Assembly: GCA_965208835.1 (NCBI GenBank)
Contig: OZ242358.1
Span: forward strand, 448,001 to 512,000
Length of the DNA: 64,000 bases
Origin: Candidatus Latescibacterota bacterium
GTDB lineage: Bacteria > Latescibacterota > UBA2968 > GCA-2709665
Direction of reading: 5' to 3'
Under the pieces are notes generated by a model. It made no database searches. It was not told where the DNA came from and worked only from the letters and a program-made list of their open reading frames with translations. Of the stretch, positions 9,926-19,103 are shown piece after piece; within the stretch, counting starts at the first letter, position 1, and every line of letters starts with the position of its first letter. A program made the translations under genes and the position numbers.

Positions 9926-10709
9926 GTTTCGGACTCACCGGCATTGCCGGATGAGATTCGGACAGACCAAGGCGCCGTACGCGACAGTGCGTATCTCCAC
10001 GCCTCAGCGGTTCGTCTATGAAGGCGAAGTATCCAAACAGGGCCTCGTCTTACCTGCCGTTGAACCGGCACTTGCGAGTCCCATCTGGACTGGGCAATGG
10101 GATCGTCATGAAAAACTCATATATTGTATCTTAAATCTAAGTAAAAAATCACAAATAAATCCGAAAATTTCATTATTATTGTGTACACTTACTTCGGTCC
10201 AGGAACGGACGGTCACTGAGGCATACGGGTGGAAAAATGGCGCATTGTGCGAATGATCGACCATAACCGCACACAATATTCCGTGTTCGTCCGCCGGGCC
10301 CTGAATCCTGCCGATCAAGCTATTATTCGTACCTCATATCGAAAAAAATGTAGCCAGTGACAAATACAGGACGATTCGACAATCATTCGTTATTGACCTG
10401 ATCGGCACAACCAGAGCATTCTTTATTTATGCGTTCGACACGTAATCCACAGCTCACTCGATAGTGAAAGCCACGCGACGCATCTGAATTGACTTCATTC
10501 AGGATTACTCGAATACGGCCTCAGGGCGACTCACGAGGGGACAGGAAAGACCGTTCATTGCACGTGATGGGAGCGGTCGAAAGGCGGCCTTGCCGTTGGG
10601 CGTCAGCCGCCTGAAGGGCAACGGCGTGCCGGCAGAGGTGGCAACCGAGTTGCCGGTATTGCCCTGCCGCTCCCACGCTTACCCCGGCTGATTCCTAAGG
10701 GCTGCCTTG

Positions 10710-13700
10710 ATGAATTCGTTGGTTAAAAATCCGGCTTTTCATTTGCTGTTTGGGCTGTTTCTCGTCTCGCCCGCGACCGCCGACGATGCCAGCGAGAGCC
10801 GATGGCCCTCGGCCGAGCGCCCGCTGGGCAGGTCTGAAGCGGCGGCCCGCAAGGCGGTGATGCAGTTCGTACAGCAACATCTCCGCACCCCGCCCGCGTC
10901 CGTGCGTGCGCACCCCGCGGCCGCAGATTTTCCGGGCTCCGTCCCGGCTGATGCCCCGCGCATCACGCGCACCGTCACCATTCACGCCACCGAACCTGTT
11001 GGGCACGCCACGAGTCCATATTCGGAGCCGCATGAGTCTCGCTGGCATTCCACCGGCCTCTACGCCGCGCCGGGCGAACTTGTCAAGGTGACTGTGCCGG
11101 CCGCGGTCGCAAGTGCCGGGCGATTCCACGTGCGCGTGGGCGTCCACAAAGGGGATATCTCGGTCCGCGAAGAATGGACGCGCATGCCCGTGATCAGCCG
11201 CCGCTTCCGGGTCGTCTCGGTCACAACCCTGGTCGCCAATGCGTTCGGTGGCCTGATCTACATCGAAGTTCCGCATAGAGCCGACCTCGGAGAAATCGCC
11301 GTCACGATCGAAGGCGCCGTGGCCGCGCCCCTGTTCGTGCTGGGAGAGACGGACCCCGCACAATGGCGCAACGCAATCCGCCATGCACCCGGTCCGTGGG
11401 CGGAGATCGCGGGGAGAAACATGATCGTCACCACGCCTTCATCTGAAGTACGCGGTCTGGACGACCCGGCAACTGTGGCGGAGACCTGGGACCGCATACT
11501 CGACCTGAACGCGGATCTGGCCGCCTGGCCATCGCCCGCGCGCTTGAGACGGGAGCGGTTCGTCGTGGACCGGCAGCTCCCGCGGGGCTATATGCTTTCC
11601 GGCTATCCCATCAGTGCGCATATGGATCAATCGGCCCACCTCGTCGATGCGCCGCACATTTCCACAGGCAAGTACGATCGGACACAGAGCAATTGGGGTT
11701 TCTTCCACGAGGTGGGCCACAACCACCAGAGTGCTGACTGGACGTTTAGAGGCACGGTCGAAGTGACCGTCAACCTGTTCACACTGTACGTTTACGAGTA
11801 CCTGTGCGGAATCCCGGTCACCGAAAGCTACTACGGCTGGGCCGATGTGCGATCGCGGGAGATGATCGCGCGTTACGACTACGAAAACCCGGACTTCGAG
11901 CAGTGGAAACGAGCGCCGGCATTCGCCCTGTTCACGTACATCCAGCTGCAGCAGGAGTTCGGCTGGGACGCCTTCCGGCAGGTGTTCGCCACGTACCGCG
12001 CCCTGCCGGACGCCGAGCGCCCGAAGAGCGACGACGAGAAGCGCGACCAGTGGCTGGTCCGGTTCTCCCGGCAGGTTGGCCGCAACCTCGGGCCGTTTTT
12101 CGAAGGGTGGGGCGTCCCAACGTCGCAGGCCGCACGGGCCTCGATCGCGAACCTCCCCGTGTGGCTGCCGCCCGGTTCTCCTTCCAAACTGGAGATCATC
12201 TCCGGCGATGGACAGCAGGGCCCGTCCGGGAAGGCACTGCCGCGGCCCCTGGTGGTGGAAGTGCGCGATCAGTACGGCAATCTCATGCCGGATGCGGTCG
12301 TCACCTTCACGGTGACGGCCGGCGACGGCAGGCTCAGCGGCCGTTTCAAGGTCGAACACGTGAAAACCGATACCAACGGAAGGGCCGAAACGCCGCTGAC
12401 TCTGGGTCCCCATCCGGGTCGAAACATCGTCATCGTGACCCTTGGCGATCGGGAAATGGGGACAATTACCGCCGAGGGCGTGGGCGCAGGCGTGACGGAA
12501 CTGGATGGAGACTATCGCACCTGGCATCTGCCGGCGCAGGCGACGGCGCGTCTGGGAAAGGGCGCCATGGGGGAAGGCGATCGTGCGGTGGCCCTTTCGC
12601 CGGACGGCCGCACACTGGCCGTTGCCAGCCACGTTGGCGTGTGGGTGTACGAAACGGGTACATTCCGGCCTCGGGCGCTGCTGCCCACGAGGCTTCCGGT
12701 ATTCTCGGTGGCGATTTCGTCCAGAGGCGTCCTTGCGGCCGGAACGCAACATGGCGGGGTTTTTTTGCGGTCTGTGGCAACGGGCTCGCGAGTCGGGACA
12801 CTCAGGCATTCGGGATACGTCACCTCTGTCGTTTTTTCGCCGGATGGAACTCGCCTGGCTTCCGGGTCGTGGGACCATACCATCAAGATATGGGACGTCG
12901 AGTCGAGGCGCGAGTTGAGCGAATGGGAAGTGCAGCAGACGAACGAAATTCATTCCTTCATCTCGGTGGACTTCTCCCCGGACGGGAGGCTGCTGGCCTC
13001 CGGGTTTCAGGACGGCACCGTCGGACTCTGGGATGTGGCCGCACAGGCGGAAGTGGGCACTCTGAAAGGGCACACGGACCGGGTCACTTCGGTGTCGTTT
13101 TCCCCCAACGGCGCGCTGGTGGCATCGGGTTCGGGCGACCGTACCGTCAGGCTATGGGACGTGGGAGGACAGACCGAGGTCGCCGTAATGAGAGGGCACG
13201 CGGGTCCGGTACACTCCGTGTCGTATTCTCCTGCCGGCGACGTTTTGGCCTCGGGGTCGTGGGACCGTACGGTCCGGCTGTGGGACGTTTCGACTGGAGA
13301 CCTGATCTCAACCTTCGATAAACACAAGGGCGCGGTTCGTTCGGTTTCGTTTTCCTCCGACGGCGCCACCCTCGTCTCCGGGTCGGCGGACGGCATGGTA
13401 CTGCTGCGAGACCTGAAGACGGGCAATGCAGCCGGTCTCTCCGGTCACGAACCCTTGAACTCGATGACGCTCTCCAGTGATGGGGTTACTCTGGCTATGA
13501 GCTATCGGGACGGCACGATCAGGCTGTGGGATGCGGTCACGATGGCGAGGATTGCCACGCTGCAGGGGCATAGTTCCTGGGTCACTTCCGTTTCGTTTTC
13601 CTCCGACGGCGCCCTCCTGGCTTCCGGGTCGTGGGACAACAACGTGAAGTTATGGGACGTCGGATCTCGAGACCTGATCGGTACTCTGGAAGGGCATAGT

Positions 13701-14492
13701 TCCTGGGTGGCTTCCGTTTCGTTTTCCTCCGACGGCGCCCTCCTGGCGTCCGGGTCATCGGATAAAACCGTGAGGTTATGGGACGTGAGATCGCGAGTGC
13801 AGGTCGGTACACTTGAAGGGCACACAGATGCGGTATACGGGGTGTCCTTTTCCCCGGACGGTGCGGTCCTCGCTTCGGCGGGCAGTGGAGACAAGACGGT
13901 GAAGCTGTGGGACGTGCGCACGAGAAATCTGATCGAAACCCTGGAAGGACATCAGTCCCCGGTCGATGTCGTGTCGTTCTCGCCCGATGGAGGGATACTC
14001 GCTTCCGGTTCGCGCCGCACCCTCAAGCTGTGGGACACGGGTACCTGGGAACCGATCGGCGACATGGAAGGGGGCAGGGCCGCGGCTTTGTCGTTCTACC
14101 GCGACGGGACGATACTGGCTTCCAGTTCATCAGGCGCAGTCCGGCTGCGGGACGTCGCTTCAAGACGGATCCTCGCCAATCTGTACGGACACACCGGCCA
14201 CGTCCATTCTGTGGCGTTTTCAGATGACGGCCACGTCCTGGCCTCGGGCGCATCGGATGGTACCGTGCTACTGTGGGATGTTTCCCGGTATATCGCGCCA
14301 TCCGTCCCCAATCCGGACTTCGACGGCGACGGGACCGTGGGCTTTTCCGACTTTCTGCAATTCGCGGAACATTACGGACTACGTAATTTCGACGACGCAT
14401 TTGACGCTCGATTCGATCTGGACGGAAACGGAACCATCGGGTTCAGCGACTTCCTGATCCTGGCGGAAAGCTTCGGCAAGAGCTCGAACTGA
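10710..14492 (+). CDS. Secreted M60-like (enhancin-type) metallopeptidase + Ig-like (Big_1) + WD40 propellers + EF-hand/dockerin-like tail
   Basis: Signal peptide; STGLYAAPGE; WGFFHEVGHNHQ..GTVEVTVNLF; ISGDGQQG..VEVRDQYGN; GH..WD repeats; PDFDGDGTVGFSDF..DLDGNGTIGFSDF. Confidence 0.85.
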   Translation: MNSLVKNPAFHLLFGLFLVSPATADDASESRWPSAERPLGRSEAAARKAVMQFVQQHLRTPPASVRAHPAAADFPGSVPADAPRITRTVTIHATEPVGHATSPYSEPHESRWHSTGLYAAPGELVKVTVPAAVASAGRFHVRVGVHKGDISVREEWTRMPVISRRFRVVSVTTLVANAFGGLIYIEVPHRADLGEIAVTIEGAVAAPLFVLGETDPAQWRNAIRHAPGPWAEIAGRNMIVTTPSSEVRGLDDPATVAETWDRILDLNADLAAWPSPARLRRERFVVDRQLPRGYMLSGYPISAHMDQSAHLVDAPHISTGKYDRTQSNWGFFHEVGHNHQSADWTFRGTVEVTVNLFTLYVYEYLCGIPVTESYYGWADVRSREMIARYDYENPDFEQWKRAPAFALFTYIQLQQEFGWDAFRQVFATYRALPDAERPKSDDEKRDQWLVRFSRQVGRNLGPFFEGWGVPTSQAARASIANLPVWLPPGSPSKLEIISGDGQQGPSGKALPRPLVVEVRDQYGNLMPDAVVTFTVTAGDGRLSGRFKVEHVKTDTNGRAETPLTLGPHPGRNIVIVTLGDREMGTITAEGVGAGVTELDGDYRTWHLPAQATARLGKGAMGEGDRAVALSPDGRTLAVASHVGVWVYETGTFRPRALLPTRLPVFSVAISSRGVLAAGTQHGGVFLRSVATGSRVGTLRHSGYVTSVVFSPDGTRLASGSWDHTIKIWDVESRRELSEWEVQQTNEIHSFISVDFSPDGRLLASGFQDGTVGLWDVAAQAEVGTLKGHTDRVTSVSFSPNGALVASGSGDRTVRLWDVGGQTEVAVMRGHAGPVHSVSYSPAGDVLASGSWDRTVRLWDVSTGDLISTFDKHKGAVRSVSFSSDGATLVSGSADGMVLLRDLKTGNAAGLSGHEPLNSMTLSSDGVTLAMSYRDGTIRLWDAVTMARIATLQGHSSWVTSVSFSSDGALLASGSWDNNVKLWDVGSRDLIGTLEGHSSWVASVSFSSDGALLASGSSDKTVRLWDVRSRVQVGTLEGHTDAVYGVSFSPDGAVLASAGSGDKTVKLWDVRTRNLIETLEGHQSPVDVVSFSPDGGILASGSRRTLKLWDTGTWEPIGDMEGGRAAALSFYRDGTILASSSSGAVRLRDVASRRILANLYGHTGHVHSVAFSDDGHVLASGASDGTVLLWDVSRYIAPSVPNPDFDGDGTVGFSDFLQFAEHYGLRNFDDAFDARFDLDGNGTIGFSDFLILAESFGKSSN

Positions 14493-14712
14493 TCGTTGAA
14501 CGTGACAACCAACCGCCTTTGGCTGTTGTCGAATTTCCGCGCAGGAAATGACGGTGGGCGGGTCGGCGGCGAAGCCGGACGTCTGGCGGTTGCGCAGAAA
14601 CGTCTCCACTGCGACAGGCATCGGCAGTGCTTTTGCCGTGCAACGGGGGCTGCACTGGTCGCTGACCGGACCAGAGTGTTTTTATCGAAATTGATAAATG
14701 GGAGGATTCGCT

Positions 14713-16752
14713 ATGAATCCCGTATTTCGCCTGTTGTTGATTGCAGTTGTTAGCCTATTCGTGTTAACAGGTGCAGTTCTCGTCGTGTCCGGCGAAGACG
14801 GGGTTTCGTCTCTTGCCCTGATTGCCGGCGGTGGGTCGGCTACCGGCGGGGATGGCGACTCCGTCGAGGGTACGTTGCCCGGACGCGGCGCGAAAATCGC
14901 GTTGGGCAACAATGCGAATGCGGTCTTGTCGCTTGACCTGATCGCCGACGGCGGGGCGGGCAACCGGGTGGATGACGGCCTGACCACAGGCGCAGTGGCG
15001 GGGCGCGGCACGAAGATCGCCCTGGAAGTCTTCGCCACGGGGGTCACGACGACTCTGCGCGGCGTCATCCTCAGATTCGACTTCGATGCCTCTCTCGTGT
15101 CTTTCGTCAAAGCCGAAAACAGCGCATTTTCCTTTTCGCTGCCCGAGGGATCCGTCGGCGCAGCCCTCGCAGCCACTGCGCCCGCGACATTGGCGTCCTC
15201 GGGATTCCTGGCGCGCGCGGAGTTCGAGACGGTCGCGGATGTGTCTGGTCGGGTGTTTTCCATCGGCATCGAGTCCGTCACCCTCGCCGAAAGTTCGACG
15301 TCCAGCGACGTACTCAGGACAAGCAGTGAGATCTCGTTCAACTCAGCGCCGTCCCCCGACTTCGACGGCGACGGGACCGTCGGCTTTTCGGACTTCCTGA
15401 CTTTCGCGGGCGCGTTCGGGTCGAGTCAGGGCGATGAGAAGTACAATGCCGCACAGGATTTGAATTCCGATGGTTCTGTCGACTTTACGGATTTTCTCAT
15501 CTTTGCCGGCGCCTTCGGTAGTCAGGTCCCGCCCTCCGGCGGCGGTGGGACGCCTTCCGACGGCGGAGAGACTGTGACCATTGCGGATGCCAATCTGCGT
15601 GCTGTGATCGCAGATAGCCTGGGCAAGCCGCCGGATGCGCCGATTTCCCGTTCCGAGATGGCGACCTTGAAACGTATTGATGCGCCCAATATGGGGATTC
15701 GTAACCTCAGAGGTCTCGAATTTGCCACCGGTTTGCGGGGCCTGAACCTCGGTCGAGTGCGGGCGGAAGGAGGGGGGAAGTGGGTCAACAGCAACGATAT
15801 ATCCGACCTCTCGCCCCTCTCCGGCTTGACAAACCTGGCATATCTGGATCTCTATAAAAACAGCATCTCGGATATATCCGACCTCTCCGGCTTGACCGGC
15901 TTGACAGACCTGTTCCTTAACGAGAACAGCATCTCGAATCTATCCGCGCTATCCACTTTGACCAACCTGGCGAGGCTGGGACTCAGCCAGAATAGGATCT
16001 CGGATATATCCGCGTTATCCAACTTGACCGGACTTTTCTATCTGGATCTTTTCGAAAACAGCATCTCGAATCTATCCGGGCTATCCACCTTGACCAACCT
16101 GACCTGGCTGTATCTGGATTACAACAGTATCTCTGATATTTCTCCGTTGTCCACCTTGACCAACCTGACACGGCTGGGTCTCGAAAACAACAGTATCTCG
16201 AGTGTTTCCGCACTGTCCAACTTGACCGACCTCGTGAATCTGGTTCTCTGGAACAACAGCATTTCAGACATCTCCGCACTGTCCAACTTGACCGGCATCA
16301 AATACCTGTACCTCAACCAGAACAATATCTCTGGTATATCTGCGTTGTCCAACTTGACCAACCTGGAAATCCTGGGCCTGGAAGACAACCGCATCTCGGA
16401 TGTTTCGCCATTGGTGGCAAACACGGGTCTGGGTACCGGAGATATAGTAAATTTGAAGAGCAATCCCTTGAGCAATACATCGCGAAACACGCACATTCCA
16501 ACCCTTCAGCGCCGAGGCGTCAAAGTAGAATTCGATGGCGGCACGTCCAACCTGGGCGCTTGCCGCGTCGGGCTGGTCGTACAGCCCAACCAGAGCTGTA
16601 CCGTCAGCGGCGGGTCGCTTACAAATGTCGGCAGCGGATGTGTCAACTATTCACCGTTCGGCACCGGTAGGATTTGCAGTGCGAGTTTCAACCTGAACGG
16701 TTTGCAGGGCACACGTGTCGGTAGTGATTTTCGAATCACTGCTGTGCCTTAA
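14713..16752 (+). CDS. Secreted protein: cohesin-like sandwich + dockerin-like pair + internalin-type LRRs + Cys-rich C-terminus
   Basis: GGAGG RBS, hydrophobic N-terminus; DFDGDGTVGFSDF/DLNSDGSVDFTDF; DANLRAVI cap; 22-aa LSxLTNLxxLxLxxNxISDIS repeats. Confidence 0.8.
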   Translation: MNPVFRLLLIAVVSLFVLTGAVLVVSGEDGVSSLALIAGGGSATGGDGDSVEGTLPGRGAKIALGNNANAVLSLDLIADGGAGNRVDDGLTTGAVAGRGTKIALEVFATGVTTTLRGVILRFDFDASLVSFVKAENSAFSFSLPEGSVGAALAATAPATLASSGFLARAEFETVADVSGRVFSIGIESVTLAESSTSSDVLRTSSEISFNSAPSPDFDGDGTVGFSDFLTFAGAFGSSQGDEKYNAAQDLNSDGSVDFTDFLIFAGAFGSQVPPSGGGGTPSDGGETVTIADANLRAVIADSLGKPPDAPISRSEMATLKRIDAPNMGIRNLRGLEFATGLRGLNLGRVRAEGGGKWVNSNDISDLSPLSGLTNLAYLDLYKNSISDISDLSGLTGLTDLFLNENSISNLSALSTLTNLARLGLSQNRISDISALSNLTGLFYLDLFENSISNLSGLSTLTNLTWLYLDYNSISDISPLSTLTNLTRLGLENNSISSVSALSNLTDLVNLVLWNNSISDISALSNLTGIKYLYLNQNNISGISALSNLTNLEILGLEDNRISDVSPLVANTGLGTGDIVNLKSNPLSNTSRNTHIPTLQRRGVKVEFDGGTSNLGACRVGLVVQPNQSCTVSGGSLTNVGSGCVNYSPFGTGRICSASFNLNGLQGTRVGSDFRITAVP

Positions 16753-16780
16753 TCCCGCCGCACAAAAGGAGAACGTCCGG

Positions 16781-19033
16781 ATGAAAAAGAACCGATCGTG
16801 TGATCTCGCGCTCTTGTTGTTCGTGTTTCTATTCACGCAGGATAGCTTGGCTCAGACAACCCTGGTAGGGCATTTGGATTCTGGCAACTCAATGGTGTTT
16901 TCGTCTGCTGGAAATGTCTTATCTACCGGGTCGTTGGATGGCGAATATCTAACGTGGCATCTCCCGGATGGCGCAATCATGCGTATTGGTAAAGGAGCCA
17001 TCGGTCGTGGGGATCGAGCGGTGGCCTTCTCGACCGACGGCACACAGTTGGCAGTGGCCAGTGGGATCGGAATCTGGCTTTACGATGTCCGGACTGGCAC
17101 CGAAGTCGCCCTGCTTGGTGGAGGGAGTGTAACTTCGGTCTCGTATTCACCCGATGGAACGCTCCTGGCTTCCGGGGCAAGGGACCACACGGTGAAGCTG
17201 TGGGACGTGGCCACAGGTGCGAATGTCGCCACGCTCGAGGGCCATACCGATGGAGTCAGAGCGGTGGCGTTTTCGCCCGATGGAAGAACGCTCGCGTCGG
17301 GTGCAGGGGATCCGACAATTCACTTTCCAGCGGACAATTCGATCAGGCTATGGGACGTGCCAATGAAGACGCATTTCGCCACGCTCGAAGGCCATGAGGG
17401 GATGGTGGCTTCCGTGGCGTTTTCGCCCGATGGAAAAATGCTCGTTTCAGGATCTAATGATGAGACGGTGAAGTTGTGGGACGTGGCGTCGAGGACGAAT
17501 GTCGCGACGCTTAAGGACCATTCCGACGGGGTCGCTTCGGTGGCGTTCTCGCCTGATGGAAAGACGATCGCCTCTGGTGGTAGATTATTCGATGAGACGG
17601 TGAAGTTGTGGGACGTGGCGTCGAAGACGAATATCGCCACGTTCGAAGACCATTCCGACGGGGTTGCTTCGGTAACGTTCTCGCCCGATGGAATTCACCT
17701 CGCAGTCGGGGTAGGAGATGCGTTTTTCCCCGTGTTTTTTCCAGAGCCAAGTGAGAATACGGTGAAGCTTTGGGACGTGGCCAGCGGTGAACAGACCACC
17801 GCCCTCGAAGGTAAGACGGAGACGGTTTATTCGGTGGCGTTTTCGCCCCCCGACGGGAAAATGATCGCGGCCGGAGCGCGGCTTTTCAGTGATTACACGG
17901 TCCGGCTGTGGGACACCGCCAGTGGAAAACAGACAGCCGCTTTCGAAGGGCATACCCAGGCGGTCAATACGGTGGCGTTCTTGTCCGATGGAACCCGTTT
18001 GGCTTCCGTGTCCGGCACTACGATTCAGCTGTGGGACGCGGCCGGCGGAGACCGGATCACCTCCCTCGAAGGCTCTCTGCTTTCCCCCGATGGAACCCTT
18101 CGGGCTACGCTGGCATGGGATAGCGCGATTCAGGATGGCGTGATTCAGCTGTGGGACGTGTCCAGCGGAGATCAGATCGCATCTCTTGAAGGCCATCAGG
18201 GAAATGTCGTGTTGGCGTTTTCGCCCGATGGAAAAATGGTAGCGACTGTGGCAGGTGAGTGGAGTAAATATAAGGTGCGGCTGTGGAACGTGGTTGGCGG
18301 TGAACCGATTGCCACGCTCGAAGGGTATGAGGATGGAGTCACTTCGTTGGCATTTTCGCCAAATGGAAGCGTGCTCGCGACCGGATCGTGGGAATTCGGT
18401 GATCACACGGTACGGCTGTGGGGCGTGCCCGGGGGTGAGCCGATCACTACGCTCGAAGGACATGATGGGGGTGTCAATTCCATGGCGTTTTCACCCGATG
18501 GAGCAGTACTCGTGTCTGGATCAAGCGATGAGAGTATCAAGTTGTGGGACGTCGCCGGTAGTGAACTGATCGCCACGCTTGATGGGCATGATGGAGGTGT
18601 CAATTCAGTGGCGTTCTCGCCCGATGGAAAAGTGCTTGCGTCCGGGTCAGGGGATGAGACGATCAAGTTATGGGACATAGCGGGCACAGAACCGATTGCC
18701 ACACTCAGAGGGCATTGGAGGGCGGTTTATTCAGTGGCGTTTTCGGACTATGGAACCCGACTGGCTTCAGGGTCGGCTGATGGCACGATTCTGCTTTGGG
18801 ACATGTCACCATATATCTCAATACAACCTCCGATTCCGTCTGGACCTCCGACGCCCGACTTCGATGGCGACGGGATCGTCGGTTTCGGCGACTTTCTGCT
18901 GTTTGCCGCCGCATTCGGGCGAAGTCAAGGCGATGCAGGGTACGATGCGCAGTACGACCTGGACGGCAACGGCGCGATCGGGTTTAGCGATTTTCTGGTC
19001 TTTGCCGGCGCATTCGGCAAGAGTGCCTCGTGA
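16781..19033 (+). CDS. Secreted WD40-repeat protein with EF-hand/dockerin-like tail
   Basis: Signal peptide; many LEGH..VAFSPDG..LWDV repeats; PDFDGDGIVGFGDF. Confidence 0.85.
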   Translation: MKKNRSCDLALLLFVFLFTQDSLAQTTLVGHLDSGNSMVFSSAGNVLSTGSLDGEYLTWHLPDGAIMRIGKGAIGRGDRAVAFSTDGTQLAVASGIGIWLYDVRTGTEVALLGGGSVTSVSYSPDGTLLASGARDHTVKLWDVATGANVATLEGHTDGVRAVAFSPDGRTLASGAGDPTIHFPADNSIRLWDVPMKTHFATLEGHEGMVASVAFSPDGKMLVSGSNDETVKLWDVASRTNVATLKDHSDGVASVAFSPDGKTIASGGRLFDETVKLWDVASKTNIATFEDHSDGVASVTFSPDGIHLAVGVGDAFFPVFFPEPSENTVKLWDVASGEQTTALEGKTETVYSVAFSPPDGKMIAAGARLFSDYTVRLWDTASGKQTAAFEGHTQAVNTVAFLSDGTRLASVSGTTIQLWDAAGGDRITSLEGSLLSPDGTLRATLAWDSAIQDGVIQLWDVSSGDQIASLEGHQGNVVLAFSPDGKMVATVAGEWSKYKVRLWNVVGGEPIATLEGYEDGVTSLAFSPNGSVLATGSWEFGDHTVRLWGVPGGEPITTLEGHDGGVNSMAFSPDGAVLVSGSSDESIKLWDVAGSELIATLDGHDGGVNSVAFSPDGKVLASGSGDETIKLWDIAGTEPIATLRGHWRAVYSVAFSDYGTRLASGSADGTILLWDMSPYISIQPPIPSGPPTPDFDGDGIVGFGDFLLFAAAFGRSQGDAGYDAQYDLDGNGAIGFSDFLVFAGAFGKSAS

Positions 19034-19103
19034 ACCGTTGGCTCCTGCGTTTCCGTCGCACAAGATGGCTGTAAGACGTTCATTCAGTTTCGTGATTACC
19101 GCC

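Noticed and set aside
10590-10660. c-di-GMP-I riboswitch
   Set aside because: Only the GGCAACCGAGTTGCC end resembles it; the GGCAAAC..GAAA..GACGCAAAGC core is missing.
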